Below are positions 50,179 to 62,038 of a stretch of DNA of 64,000 bases, piece by piece (the first letter of the stretch is position 1; every line of letters starts with the position of its first letter). The DNA comes from an uncultured Chloroflexia bacterium (GTDB lineage Bacteria > Chloroflexota > Limnocylindria > Limnocylindrales > CSP1-4), in assembly GCA_963752475.1 (NCBI GenBank), contig CAVVYR010000014.1:1-64000 (forward strand), read 5' to 3'. The notes beneath the pieces are model-generated. The model was not told where the DNA came from, ran no database searches, and saw nothing but the letters and a program-made list of their open reading frames with translations. A program made the translations under genes and the position numbers.

Positions 50179-52903
50179 CTAATCCTCGAGTCGTTCGCGT
50201 AGCCTCTCGAGCGCCGTCTGGAGGCCACGGGGTTCGGGCACCTTGCCCTGGGCCATGCCGGCCTTGCCCCCGCCCTTGCCTCCGGCCTCGGAGACCGCAT
50301 CCTTGACCAGCTCGCCGGCGTCCACGCCCTGCTCGATGAGGTCGTCGCTGACGGTCACGAACAGCTGGGGTTTCTCCGGATCATCGAGGCCAGCGGCGAT
50401 GACGCCGCTCTTGAGCGAGGAGCGGACCTCCTTGGCCCAGGCGCGCAGCTCTTCCATCGAGCGGAAGCCGCCCATCATCGAGACGAGGGCGCCCCGCTGC
50501 AGGACCTCGGCCGTCTTCGCCGCCGCCTGCGCCGTGGGCACCAGGCCCGTGGCCGGCCTGGCCTTCTTCTGCTCCTTGAGGGCCTCGATGCGCGTGACCA
50601 GCTGCTCCTGCGTCTGAGCGCCAGCCGCCGCCAGCGCCGCCTCCAACAGCGCGAAGCGCTCTTCGGTCAGCGCTTCGGCGGCCTCGCCGGTGACCGCTTC
50701 GATGCGGCGCATGCCGGAACCGATGGAGCGCTCGCCGGTGATGATGAAACCGCCGATCTGGCCGGTGGCACGACAGTGCGTGCCGCCGCAGAGCTCATGG
50801 CTGTAGTCCTCGATGCGGATGGTGCGCACCTGCTCGCCGTACTTCTCGTCGAAGAAGGCGTCGGCACCGGCGGCCTGGGCCTCGCCCATCGACATGAACT
50901 CGGGCGCTACCGGGCGGTCCTCGCGGACGATGCGCCGCACCTCGGCCTCGATGGCCGACCTCTCCTCCCGCGAGAGGCCGCGGTCGAAGGGATAGTCGAA
51001 GCGAAGGTAGTCGGGCGTGACCAGCGAGCCGGCCTGGCGGGCACCGTCTCCGAGCGTGTTGCGCAGCGCGCGGTGGAGCACGTGTGTGCCGGTGTGGTTG
51101 CGCATCGTGCGCGCTCGACGGTCGGCATCGACCTCCGCGGTCACCTCCTGCCGCCGGCTGACCTTGCCATGCAGCGTGCCGTCATGGACGATCAGACCCG
51201 ACACCGGGCGCTGCGTGTCCGTGACCGTGAAGACGATCTCACCCCGCTCGTCACGGAGGACGCCCTGGTCCCCGATCTGGCCACCGCCTTCGGCGTAGAA
51301 CGGCGTCTCGTCGAGCACGAGCTGGGCCGCCGCAGCGGCCTCGACGTGACCTTCGGCGTCCGGGCGGGCCTCGAGCTCGTCGTACTCGGTGCCGTCACGC
51401 ACGATGGCGCGGATGCGGCCCGGAGCGGCGGTGGTCTCGTAGCCCAGGAAGGTCGTATCGCCGACGCGCCGCTTGATGCCGTCGTAGAGCGCCGTCATCT
51501 CCGCCTGCTTGGCCAGGTCCTGCTTGGCTCCAGAGCGGCTGCGCTCGCGCTGCTCCTGCAGGGCCGCCTCGAAGCCGTCACGGTCGACGCGCACGCCGTA
51601 CTCGGCGGCGAGCTCGACGGTGAGGTCGATGGGGAAGCCGTAGGTGTCATGCAGCTTGAAGGCCGTGGCGCCAGGCAGGACCGGCGCACCCTCGGCTACG
51701 TCGTCGAGCTGACGGCCGACCACGCGCTCGGCGCTGGTCAGCGGGATGAGCGCCTCCTCGAGGTGGTTGGTGCCGGCGATGAGGGTGCGCGCGAACGCGC
51801 GCTCCTCGCGCACGATGCCGCCGATGATGGCGTCATGGCGCTCTCGCAGGATGGGGTAGGCCTGTTCCATGAGGTCGATGACGACCTGCGCGGTCTCGGC
51901 CAGGAACGGCTCGGTCCGGCCCATGAAGGCGGCCGTGGCGAACGGCGCGACGGACGATGCGTCGCAGGACGTAACCGCGCCCCTCGTTCGAGGGCATGAC
52001 GCCGTCGGCCAGCAGGAAGGTGATGGCGCGGCTGTGATCGGCGATGACCTGGTAGCTGAAGCGGTTGGCGTCGAAGGCCGCCTGGTCGTGACCGAGCAGC
52101 TCGCGCATCTTCTCCATGATCGGCAGGAAGAGGTCGGTGTCGTAGTTGGTGGGCACGCCCTGCAGGACGGACGCGAGGCGCTCCAGGCCCATGCCCGTGT
52201 CGACCGACTTGAAGGGCAGCTCGGTGCGCGGGCCTTCGAACGGCTGGTCGAACTCCATGAAGACGAGGTTCCAGATCTCCAGCCAGCGCGGGCAGGTCTC
52301 GGTGTGGTCGGGCACACAGCCGGGGCCTTCGGAGAACTCGAGGCCGCGGTCGAAGTGGATCTCGCTGTTGGGACCGCAGGGGCCGGTGTCGGCCATGCGC
52401 CAGAAGTTGTGGTCGTCACCGTTGTCGACATCGCCCCAGCGGGCCATGCGCTCGGGCGGCAGGCCGATCTCATCACGCCAGATGGCCCACGACTCCTCGT
52501 CATCGGTGTAGGTCGTGGCGGCCAGACGATCGGCCGGGATGCCCAGGTCCTGGGTCAGGAACTCCCAGGCCCAGTGGATGGCCTCTCGCTTGAAGTAGTC
52601 CCCGAAGGACCAGCTGCCAAGCATCTCGAACAGCGTGTGGTGCCGGGGCGTACGCCCGACCTCCTCGAAGTCGTTGTGCTTGCCGGCGACGCGCAGGCAG
52701 CGCTGGGAGTCGACCGCGCGCGAGTACGAGCGCTTCTCGACGCCGCGGAAGACGTCCTTGAACTGGACCATGCCGCTGTTGGTGAAGAGCAGCGTCTGGT
52801 CACCGGCAGGCACGAGGCTGGCGCTGGGCACGACCTCATGGCCACGCTCCTCGAAGAAGCGCAGGAAGCGGGCGCGGATCTCGTCTGCGGACAGGGGTTG
52901 CAT
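50179..52903 (-). CDS. alaS: Alanyl-tRNA synthetase (frameshift near 51930)
   Basis: [52 protein letters not shown] across two frames. Confidence 0.95.
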
Positions 52904-53082
52904 CGGGGCGCCGCTCACGTCCCGGTTCTCGGTCTCTGGCATCTCCGCGAGTGTAGCGAACCGCCAGTGAGCGTATCCGAGCCTCGTCGGTGCCGGGTCC
53001 GTCAACGTGTGTGAAGGCATCGGGTGAAGTTCTCTTCAGGGTCTGTCACAAGCATGCCCGCGGCCGATACCGTGCCCAGGTC

Positions 53083-54003
53083 GTGCTTGTCGTCAACCCT
53101 CGTGGGGTCCCTCGCCTGCTCTCCCTGGTCCTAGCCGGTCTCTTCGTCGGCTCCGCGTGTTCCGTCGTTGCCTCGGACCTGGCCGTGGTGCCGGAGGCGC
53201 CTCAGCCTCCCGCGCTGGTCCGCGACGCGGTCGCCACGCCCACCGCGGCCCCGGTCGTCACACCTGAGCCGGTGGTGATACCCGAGCCGCCCGCTCGGGT
53301 CAAGGACGAGACTGAGGGCAAGAAGAAGGCCAAGGCGGACGCGAAGGTCGTGAAGCTGAAGCCGCGACCAAAGGCCGGTCCTTTCGAGATGAACCTCTTC
53401 ACGAAGGGGGACTTCATGCACCAGGCGACTAAGGACATGTGTGTGGCCGGATCGACGCAGATCATGATGAACGTCATCGACCGCGGGAAGCCCAATCGCT
53501 CGGTGGCCTTCCAGGAGAACCTCTACTCGCGCGGCCGTGAGCTGTCACCGAACAAGTCCAAGCTCGGGCCTATCGGTGTCGATCTCACGGGCTGGGCGGA
53601 GCTGCTCAACACCAAGGGCTACGGGCCGTACGAGGTCGAGTCGGCGGAGACGCGTCGTGGCGCCATCCGCAAGGCGGCCAAGGCCATCCGCCTGACCGGT
53701 CGACCCGTGGGGCTGGTGGTCTGGCGAGGTGCGCACTCTTGGGTCATGACCGGTTTCACATCGACCGCCGATCCGGCCTACGACAACCAGTTCATGGTCA
53801 AGGCGGCCTATATCCAGGACACCTGGTATCCGTCGGTGAGCACCATCTGGGGCGCCTCGAACCCGCCCGACACGCTCGTGCCCGTGGCCAAGCTGAAGGA
53901 GGACTACCTCCCCTACCAGCGTCCGCGCGCCCGCTATCCCAAGCGGGACGGCAAGTTCATGCTCATCCTGCCGGTGCTGCCCAGGAACACGGTCGCTCGC
54001 TAG
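53083..54003 (+). CDS. Exported protein with probable C39-like cysteine peptidase domain (start uncertain)
   Basis: Signal/lipobox-like GSAC; HQ...MCV, GRPVGL..W.GAHSWV..G, YIQD ordering. Confidence 0.6.
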   Translation: MLVVNPRGVPRLLSLVLAGLFVGSACSVVASDLAVVPEAPQPPALVRDAVATPTAAPVVTPEPVVIPEPPARVKDETEGKKKAKADAKVVKLKPRPKAGPFEMNLFTKGDFMHQATKDMCVAGSTQIMMNVIDRGKPNRSVAFQENLYSRGRELSPNKSKLGPIGVDLTGWAELLNTKGYGPYEVESAETRRGAIRKAAKAIRLTGRPVGLVVWRGAHSWVMTGFTSTADPAYDNQFMVKAAYIQDTWYPSVSTIWGASNPPDTLVPVAKLKEDYLPYQRPRARYPKRDGKFMLILPVLPRNTVAR

Positions 54004-54075
54004 GCCCAGCCTCCGGGCGTCGATGCGGGTTCGGTGGTCCCGGCTCCGCCGCCGGCGTCTCCCGAGCCTGCCACA

Positions 54076-56417
54076 TCACTCCCCGGTGGGCTTTGCTCGC
54101 AGGACGCTGGGGAGTTCTTCCTCTGGCGCGGCCTCTTCGGCTTCAGGCGTATCGCCCGAGGCGTAGAGCTCCTTGGCCCGGTCCATCCACTCGTGGATCT
54201 TGCGGTTGACCTCAGGTGCGCCGACGAGGTCGACGGTCTTGTCTTGCGTGGCGAAGGCCGCCGGGTACATCACGAAGGCCTTGGTCTGCATGCCGCCGAG
54301 TCCGCCGTGGGAACCGACCTGATGCTCGAAGGGTGCGACCTCCTCGGTGGAGGGGTCGTACATGCTGATGATGAAGATGTCACCGATGTGCTCGTAGGAG
54401 TCGAGCTCGCGCAGGTTGGCCGGCGTGTGCTCGCTGTACCAGCGCAGCGGGTCCTCCCCTTCGACCTCGTCGGTATCGAGGTTGCGCACGCCGTCGCGGC
54501 TGATGACCAGCGCGCCGTGCTCCTCGGAGCGGACCATGATGAAGCCGATGCCCTGGTGGCGCACGAGGCCCGGCATGCAGCTCGGGGTGCAGCTGGGCGA
54601 TGCCCTCGAGGCTGACGCGCTCGACGGATCTCGGTGAAGTAGATGTTGGCGAGGTTGCCGACTGGCGGCCACGACGAGGTCGGGGATCTCGTCCTCGTCC
54701 TTCGCCGGCGCCCTTGCACCTCGGGCTGCGTCGTTGACGTGCACCACGCCATCCTCGGACTCGCTGCGCAGGGCGCGGCTGACGATCCGTCCCGATGCGT
54801 GCCCGGCGTGCGGCTGGCCTCGGTCAGGAACGTGTTCACCGGAGCCCCAGCCCTCGACGTCGTTGGTGGCGTCGAGCGACGAGACGTCACCCTCCATGAG
54901 GCGAGCGCACGAGCTCTTCGAGGCCGATGCCGTAGCGGTCCTCGAACGGTGCGCCCTGGGTCTGGCCGTGATCGGAGACGAGGATGAAGTGGTACGGACG
55001 CGGCGCATCCTCGGCGGCTCGGCTGAGCGAGCGCATCATGCGGTCGACGCGGTCGAGCTGCTGCATCGATTTCGGGCCGCTCGGGCCCGGCGTGGTGAGC
55101 GACCTCGTCGTAGCCGAGGTAGTCGGCGTAGATGACGGGCGTGCCGCGGCCCATCTCGCCGATGATGAGGTCGACCACCATGTCGCGCATGATCGTGGTG
55201 GTGCTGGCCTTGAGGAACGGGAAGGGCATGCCGCGACTGATGCGCGGCTTCACGTCACGGACGCGCTGCCGACGCGCCTGGAAGTACTCGGTGATGACCG
55301 CCGTCACGAACTGGGCGATGCCACGGGTGAGGTTGTAGGGGTTGTAGAGGAACATGCTGAACGACTTCATCTGCAGCCCCTGGCCCTGCTTGCGCCAGCT
55401 GGGAGTTCGTGGCGATGGCACGCGTGGCCCCACCGGACACGAGGTTGCTGATGCTGGCACCACCATCGCGCAGCAGATCGCGTTCGTTGCTGGCATCGTC
55501 GCTCGATCTCGAAGGCGTCCTCGGGATGGTTCGAGACCATGAGGTAGTTGCGTTCCTTCTCCCACCAGCGGAAGGCCGGGATGCCCGGCTGCACGCCGTG
55601 GAGGATGCCCACCTGGCCGGCGGATGGTCATCGAGGGCGCGAGGGCCTCGTACTTGCCCAGGCGGTGCGTGCCCTCGCTCAGCCAGTCGTTGAGGAAGGG
55701 CATGTAGCCGGTGCGCAGAGCGTCGCGCAGGATGGGCTCCGCGAGGCCGTCGATCTGGAGGATGACGAAACCCGGGCCCGGGCCGATCATCGGTGTCGCC
55801 GCCGACACGCGGGCCATGCGCTTCATCGAGTGGCGGAAGAACGACTCGTCCTCGTCGAGGCCGATGATGGCCACGAGCACGGTGTTGATGGCGGCGATGA
55901 GGATCGACGCGACGAAGGCGAAGAAGAAGCCGTCGATGGCGATGCCGTCGACGACCCAGCTGGCGCCGAGCAGCGTCAGGCCCATGAAGACGACCGTCAG
56001 CACGCCGGTGACGATGACGTTGTTGATGCCGAGCGCCACGAACACGACCGGCCGCAGGACGAACGTGATGACACCGGCCACGAGCGTCACCAGCGCCGCC
56101 GTCGCGACGTTCTCCCAGAGCCCGCCACTGAAGGTGATGCTGTTCATCAGCTGGGCCACGATCAGCAGCGCGATGGTGTTGACGATGAGCACGGCAAGGC
56201 CGCGCATCATCAGGTGGCGCTTGCCGCGCGGCCAGTTCATGGCCGTGTCGTACTCGTCCTTCCAGACCGAAGCGATGCGATGGAAGAGCCCGGGCTTCTG
56301 CGGCTTGGTTCCCAGACGCTCTTCGAACTCGGAGCGTTCGAGCTCAGGGCTCTCGTCGGGTTCAGGTTCCTGCGGCGAGGTGGTCGTGGGGTCGGTCAAG
56401 TTCGGCGAGTCGCTCAT
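54076..56417 (-). CDS. 4-TM holin-like domain fused to an alkaline-phosphatase-superfamily domain (frameshifted)
   Basis: Multi-TM N-terminus; ILQIDGL, GYDEVAHHAG, GSHGGLGG. Confidence 0.75.
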
Positions 56418-56580
56418 GACCAGACAGTATGCGTGCAGCGGTCGGGCGCCGGCAATGCGGTTCCGGGATCCGTCGGCGCGGGGGTTGAGGATGGGCCCCC
56501 GCCGGCAGCATCGTCGGGTGCGTCCTGGAGCCGCTTGGGGATGAGGGCTCCTCGTCCGAGCAGGTAGTCTAGCCGGACCC

Positions 56581-57384
56581 ATGGAACTGCTGACCGAGAT
56601 CCTCGCGTGGGCGACGAGCCTGATCGATTCGCTCGCCGACCTGGTCACCGACTCGCCCATCACCTACCTGATCATCCTGGCCATGGCAGCGGTCGACGTG
56701 ATCGCCCCGATCATCCCGGCCGAGGCCACGGTCACGGCTGCTTCCGTGCTCGCGGGCCAGGGCAAGCTCAACATCGTGTGGGTCATGGTCGCCGCGGGAC
56801 TGGGCGCGTTCGTCGGCGACAACGTCGCCTACTGGATCGGGCGGGCCGCCGGGCGCCCGCTGGTGGAGAAGGTCCTGCGTGGCAACACCGAGCAGCTCGA
56901 CAAGGTGCAGGAGCAGTTCGACAAACGCGGCGGGACCTTCGTCATCATCGGGCGCTTCGTGCCTGGGGGTCGCACGGCCGTCGCGATCGGTGCGGGCATC
57001 CTGCACTTCAGCTGGGCGCGGTTCCTGGTCTACGACGCTATCGCCGCGGTCATCTGGGCCTTTCAGGCCGCGATCCCCGGCTACATCGGTGGCTCACTCA
57101 TCCAGGATCGCCCGTGGCTGGCGATGGTCTTCGGCTTCGCGCTCTCCGCGCTGTTGGCAGGAGGCATCGCGCTCTTCCAGCGTTGGTGGGACCGCCGCAA
57201 GCGTGTTCCCGTCGAGGTCCCGATCCAGCCGGCCGTCGTCGGCATCGGTGGCGTGGATGCCAAGATCGCTGCCAAGGTCGGGCCGGGTCCAGCGTCTCGT
57301 GAAGACACTGACGCCGAGCCTGCGGAGGCGCAGCAGGAACGGGAAGCGTCTGAGGCAGACGGGGACGAGGCCCCGACGAGTTGA
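56581..57384 (+). CDS. DedA family membrane protein
   Basis: IPAE, GDNVAYWIGR, GRFVPGGR. Confidence 0.9.
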   Translation: MELLTEILAWATSLIDSLADLVTDSPITYLIILAMAAVDVIAPIIPAEATVTAASVLAGQGKLNIVWVMVAAGLGAFVGDNVAYWIGRAAGRPLVEKVLRGNTEQLDKVQEQFDKRGGTFVIIGRFVPGGRTAVAIGAGILHFSWARFLVYDAIAAVIWAFQAAIPGYIGGSLIQDRPWLAMVFGFALSALLAGGIALFQRWWDRRKRVPVEVPIQPAVVGIGGVDAKIAAKVGPGPASREDTDAEPAEAQQEREASEADGDEAPTS

Positions 57385-57717
57385 TCAGCGGCGAGGCCGG
57401 ATCTCACCGGGCTCGTCGGTCGTGCCCTCGGGTCGCCGGGTCGCCAGCGTGCTCACCACGATGGCCATGCCGATGCCGACCCAGGCCATGAGCGAGGCCC
57501 ACAGCACGCTGTAGTCGCCGATGTACAACAGGTCGCCGGTGCGTGCGCCGATGGCCTGCCCGACGAGCGCGCCGAGCACGCCGCCGACGAAGAGGCCGGG
57601 GATGTGCCAGCCGAGGTTTCCCCGCACGAAGATGTAGACGAACGTGTGGAAGGCACCCACGAACAGCGAGAGCACGAAGGCCGGCTCGAGCACGAAGGTG
57701 GCAAGACCGCCCTCCAT
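57385..57717 (-). CDS. Small membrane protein
   Basis: Three hydrophobic helices; follows mnmA with an RBS. Confidence 0.7.
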   Translation of the reverse strand: MEGGLATFVLEPAFVLSLFVGAFHTFVYIFVRGNLGWHIPGLFVGGVLGALVGQAIGARTGDLLYIGDYSVLWASLMAWVGIGMAIVVSTLATRRPEGTTDEPGEIRPRR

Positions 57718-57726
57718 GGCTCCGCC

Positions 57727-58836
57727 CTACGCAGCCGCGGGCTGATCGATGCGCCCGCCGCCGATGACCGCGTCGTCCTCGTCGTAGAAGACCGCGGCCT
57801 GACCCGGCGCCGGGGCCCAGGCGGCCTCATCGAGGTCGACGATCCAGGCATCGGGCGCGGTGGGCCGGATCTCACCAGCCACGAGCTCGGCGCGATGGCG
57901 GATGCGCACTCGTGCACGGAAGGCACCCTGGGGCGGAGCGTCGATGAACGAGACCTCGGTCACGCCGAAGCTGCGGCGGTAGAGGTCCTCGCGACGGCCG
58001 AGCGTGACAAGGTTGCTGGCAGGATCGATGTCCGCGACGTATTGCCGCTCACCAAGGGCCACACCGAGTCCGGAGCGCTGGCCCACGGTGTATGCCGGCG
58101 CCCCCATGTGCTCTCCGACGGTCGCGCCATCGGCGTCGACCAGCGGGCCCGGGGTCGGCTGCCAGCCGGTGCGCTGCTGGAGCTCGTTGCGATAGTCACC
58201 ATCGCGAACGAAGCAGATCTCCTGGCTCTCGGGCTTGTCGGCGGTGATGAGCCCGTACCGTCGAGCGACCTCTCGAGCCTCCGGCTTGGTCAGCTCGCCC
58301 AATGGGAAGCGCGTATGCGCCAGCTGCTCCTGGCTGAGGCCGTAGAGGAAGTAGGTCTGGTCCTTCTGCTCGTCCACGCCGGTCATGAGCCGGTAGCGCA
58401 CGCCGTCGGGCGCGGTCGGGTCGGCGGTCTCGAGGATCCGAGCGTAGTGGCCGGTGGCCACAGCTTCGCAATCGTAGAGATGGCGAGCCCGGCCGAGGAG
58501 GGCTCCGAACTTGACCAGTGAGTTGCACTCCACGCAGGGGCTGGGCGTGCGTCCATCGAGATAGGCCGCGAAGAACGGCTCCATCACGCCGGCCGCGAAC
58601 TCGCGCTCGAGGTTGAGCACGTAGAACGGGATACCCAACTGGGCGGCGACGCGTCGGGCGTCTTCCGCGGCATCGAGCGAGCAGCAGGAGCGGTTGCTGG
58701 CGCTGTAGGTGTCGGCAGCGTCGTGCAGGCGCATCCATACGCCCACGACCTCGTGACCCTGCTCCACCAGCAGCGCCGCTGCAGCCGAGGAGTCGACGCC
58801 TCCGGACATGGCCGCGAGGATGCGCCGACGGGTCAT
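57727..58836 (-). CDS. mnmA: tRNA 2-thiouridylase
   Basis: [37 protein letters not shown]. Confidence 0.97.
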   Translation of the reverse strand: MTRRRILAAMSGGVDSSAAAALLVEQGHEVVGVWMRLHDAADTYSASNRSCCSLDAAEDARRVAAQLGIPFYVLNLEREFAAGVMEPFFAAYLDGRTPSPCVECNSLVKFGALLGRARHLYDCEAVATGHYARILETADPTAPDGVRYRLMTGVDEQKDQTYFLYGLSQEQLAHTRFPLGELTKPEAREVARRYGLITADKPESQEICFVRDGDYRNELQQRTGWQPTPGPLVDADGATVGEHMGAPAYTVGQRSGLGVALGERQYVADIDPASNLVTLGRREDLYRRSFGVTEVSFIDAPPQGAFRARVRIRHRAELVAGEIRPTAPDAWIVDLDEAAWAPAPGQAAVFYDEDDAVIGGGRIDQPAAA

Positions 58837-60011
58837 GCCGCGGGCTCCCCTGCCCCGTCCTCGAGACGGGCGGTACCCTCGCGCAGCCGCTCGACGATCG
58901 GCGGCAGGGCGTCACAGATGGCGTCGATGTCGTCGTCAGAGGTGGTGCGACCGAGCGAGAGGCGCAGCGAGCCGCGGGCCTCTGCCGGCGGGAAGCCCAT
59001 GGCGCTGAGAACGTGCGAGGGCTCGGTGGAGCCGCTGGTGCAAGCGCTACCCGTCGAACAGGCGATGCCTTCGAGATCGAGCCCGATGACGACGTCGTCA
59101 CCAGAGGCGTCGCGCACGATGACCGAGAGCGAGTTGGGCAGGCGGTCGGTGGGATGGCCGGTCGACTCGACACCATCGATGTCGAGCGCTGTCCGGGCGA
59201 GCACATCACGCTTGGCCCCGACCGCCGCTGGGACGGTGGGCCGCTCGGCGGCAGCCAGCTCGAAGGCGACGCCCATGCCCACCGCGCCGGCCACGTTCTC
59301 GGTGCCGGCGCGGCGGTAGCGTTCCTGGGCGCCACCGTGGACCTGGGGCAGGATGGCCGTACCTCGGCGGATCCAAAGGGCGCCGGTGCCCTTGGGCCCT
59401 TCGACCTTGTGGGCCGCGAACGAGACGAGATCAGCCCCGAGCGCTTCCACATCGACCGGCAGCCAGGCCGCAGCCTGCACGGCATCGACGTGGACCAGGG
59501 CCGCGGAGCCTGCTCGTGTGCGCTCGATCAGCTCGCCCAGCGGCTGGATGGTCCCGACCTCGTTGTTGGCCCATCCGAGGCTGACGAGGATGGTCTTCTC
59601 GGTCAGGGCCGCGGTGAGGTCGTCGGGATCGACGCGTCCGTAGCGGTCGACCGGCAGGCGCTTGACCTCGAAGCCGTACTTCTCCAGGAGCAGGCACGAC
59701 TCGAGCACGGCCTTGTGCTCGACCGCGGTGGTGATGATGCGGTGACCTTCCGCCTTGCCGGCCCAGGCGGCGCCCTTGACCGCGAGGTTGATGGCCTCGG
59801 TGCCGCCACCGGTGAAGACGAGGGCCCGTGGTTCGGCGCCGATCGAGGCGGCCAGCCGCTCGTGGGCTTCATCCATCGCGGCCCGGGCGCGACGGCCGGG
59901 CGCGTGGGGCGAGGACGGGTTCGCCTGGACGCCGCTCAGGTGCGGCAGCATCTGCTCCAGCACCTCGGGGCGCAGCGGGGCGGAAGCTGCGTAGTCAAGG
60001 TAGACGGTCAC
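58833..60011 (-). CDS. iscS: Cysteine desulfurase (IscS/NifS family)
   Basis: [24 protein letters not shown]. Confidence 0.9.
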   Translation of the reverse strand: MTVYLDYAASAPLRPEVLEQMLPHLSGVQANPSSPHAPGRRARAAMDEAHERLAASIGAEPRALVFTGGGTEAINLAVKGAAWAGKAEGHRIITTAVEHKAVLESCLLLEKYGFEVKRLPVDRYGRVDPDDLTAALTEKTILVSLGWANNEVGTIQPLGELIERTRAGSAALVHVDAVQAAAWLPVDVEALGADLVSFAAHKVEGPKGTGALWIRRGTAILPQVHGGAQERYRRAGTENVAGAVGMGVAFELAAAERPTVPAAVGAKRDVLARTALDIDGVESTGHPTDRLPNSLSVIVRDASGDDVVIGLDLEGIACSTGSACTSGSTEPSHVLSAMGFPPAEARGSLRLSLGRTTSDDDIDAICDALPPIVERLREGTARLEDGAGEPAA

Positions 60012-60033
60012 GAGACGATGATACGGCGGGGTG

Positions 60034-61965
60034 TCAGGACGCCTCCGCAGCCTCCCGTTGCTTCGCGCGTCGGAGATCCTCCTCACGGCCGCGCTCCCGG
60101 CGGCGGTCGTGCACCGAGAGCAGCCGCTTGCGCAACCGGATCGATGCGGGCGTGATCTCGACCAGCTCGTCGGCCGCGATGAACTCGATGGCCGACTCCA
60201 GCGTCATCGGCGGGGGCGGTGTCAGGCGCAGCGCCTCGTCATGGCTGTGCGTGCGGATGTTGGTGAGCTTCTTCTCCTTCGTCGGGTTGACGTCCATGTC
60301 GCCCGGTCGGGAGTTCTCGCCCACGATCATGCCCTCGTACACGGTCACGCCCGAGCCGATGAAGAACTTGGCTCGATCCTGCAGGTTGAACAGCGCGTAG
60401 GCGTTGGAGGTGCCCGCACGATCGGCCACGAGCACGCCGCTGGTGCGATGCTCGACCTCGCCGGCCCACGGTCCGTAGCCGTCGCCGATCTGGTGCAGCA
60501 GCCCGGTGCCACGGGTCTCGGTCAGGAACTGGCCGCGGTAGCCGACGAGGCCGCGGGTGGGCATGATGGCCTCGATGCGCGTGCGGCCGTCGGCGTCGGT
60601 GGTCATCTGTTCCATGCGGGCGCGGCGGGCTGCCAGGGACGCCGTGACGGTGCCGATGTGGTCGGGCGGGATATCGATGCTCACGCGCTCGTAGGGCTCG
60701 TGGATCTCCTCGCCGACCATGTGCAGCAGCACCTCCGGACGGGAGACCTGGAGCTCGAAGCCCTCGCGGCGCATCTGCTCGATGAGCACGGCCAGCTGTA
60801 GTTCGCCACGGCCACGGACCTCGAAGGTCTCGGCCGACTCGGTGGGGCGGAACTCGATGCTCACGTTGCCCAGCACCTCGCGGTCCAGGCGGGCGCGGAT
60901 CTGGCGTGAGGTCAGGTACTTGCCCTCGCGCCCGGACAAGGGTGAGGTGTTGACGCCGAAGGTCATGCGCAACGTGGGCTCGTCCACGGTCAGGCGCGGC
61001 AACGGCCTCGCGTTACGTGGGTCGGTGATGGTGTCGCCGATGGTGATCTCGGGCAGGCCTGCCACGGCCACGATGTCGCCCGGACCAGCTTCGCTGATGT
61101 CGGCCAGCTCGATGCCCTCCGCGTGGGTGAGCGAGGTCACGGTGCCCTCCAGTCTGACCACACGCCCAGGCTCGACCGAGCCGTCCGGTGTCTCCTCCTC
61201 CTCGCGCAGGACCGTGATGCGTTGGCCCATGCGGACGTGACCGTTGCGCACTCGGCCGATGGCCATGCGGCCGACATAGTCGTTGGCCGCGAGGTTGGTG
61301 ACCAGCAGCTGCAGCGGATGGTCCGGCGTGTAGGTGGGCGGTGGCGTGTGCTCGACGAGCAGGTCGAGCAGCGGCCGCAGGTCCGTGCCGGGTTCCGCGA
61401 GGTCCATCGTGGCCGTGCCCAAGCGGGCGTTGGTGTAGACGATGGGGAAATCGATCTGGTGCTCGTCCGCGCCGAGGTCCATGAACAGCTCATAGACCTC
61501 ATCGACCACAGCGGCCGCGCGAGCGTCGCCGCGGTCGATCTTGTTGATGGCCACGATGACCGGCAGCCGGCGCTCCATGGCCTTCTGCAGCACGTAGCGC
61601 GTCTGCGGCAGCGGACCCTCTGCCGCGTCGACGAGCAGCAGCACGGAGTCGACCATGAGTAGGCTTCGTTCCACCTCGCCACCGAAGTCGGCGTGACCGG
61701 GTGTGTCCACGATGTTGAGTCGGATGCCGCCATAGTTGATGCCGGTCTGCTTGGCCAGGATGGTGATGCCGCGCTCGCGCTCCAGGTCCATCGAGTCCAT
61801 CACGCGGTCGGCCACGACCTGGTCTTCGCGGAAGGCGCCGGACTGGCGCAGCATCGCGTCGACCAGGGTGGTCTTGCCATGGTCGACATGGGCCACGATG
61901 GCGATATCACGCATGTCGTCGCGGACAGCGTCGGTGGGCATGGTTGGTGAGGGGGTCGTGGTCAT
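60034..61965 (-). CDS. typA: Translational GTPase TypA/BipA
   Basis: [37 protein letters not shown]. Confidence 0.97.
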   Translation of the reverse strand: MTTTPSPTMPTDAVRDDMRDIAIVAHVDHGKTTLVDAMLRQSGAFREDQVVADRVMDSMDLERERGITILAKQTGINYGGIRLNIVDTPGHADFGGEVERSLLMVDSVLLLVDAAEGPLPQTRYVLQKAMERRLPVIVAINKIDRGDARAAAVVDEVYELFMDLGADEHQIDFPIVYTNARLGTATMDLAEPGTDLRPLLDLLVEHTPPPTYTPDHPLQLLVTNLAANDYVGRMAIGRVRNGHVRMGQRITVLREEEETPDGSVEPGRVVRLEGTVTSLTHAEGIELADISEAGPGDIVAVAGLPEITIGDTITDPRNARPLPRLTVDEPTLRMTFGVNTSPLSGREGKYLTSRQIRARLDREVLGNVSIEFRPTESAETFEVRGRGELQLAVLIEQMRREGFELQVSRPEVLLHMVGEEIHEPYERVSIDIPPDHIGTVTASLAARRARMEQMTTDADGRTRIEAIMPTRGLVGYRGQFLTETRGTGLLHQIGDGYGPWAGEVEHRTSGVLVADRAGTSNAYALFNLQDRAKFFIGSGVTVYEGMIVGENSRPGDMDVNPTKEKKLTNIRTHSHDEALRLTPPPPMTLESAIEFIAADELVEITPASIRLRKRLLSVHDRRRERGREEDLRRAKQREAAEAS

Positions 61966-62038
61966 GGGAGCATCGATTGTCGCATGCGCTCCAGATTCGG
62001 CCTGACGCGTAACCGTCGCGGCCACGTATCCTGACGAC

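Noticed and set aside
51900-51960. Programmed frameshift or split alaS
   Set aside because: No slippery sequence evident; an indel error is simpler given the many other breaks.
47379-56417. Prophage suggested by baseplate-J-like and holin-like domains
   Set aside because: Both sit among housekeeping genes; no terminase, capsid, tail or integrase genes.
13089-61662. Long plus-strand ORFs opposite housekeeping genes (e.g. 13153-15102, 45524-46912)
   Set aside because: Antisense shadow frames typical of high-GC DNA; the minus-strand genes carry the recognisable motifs.
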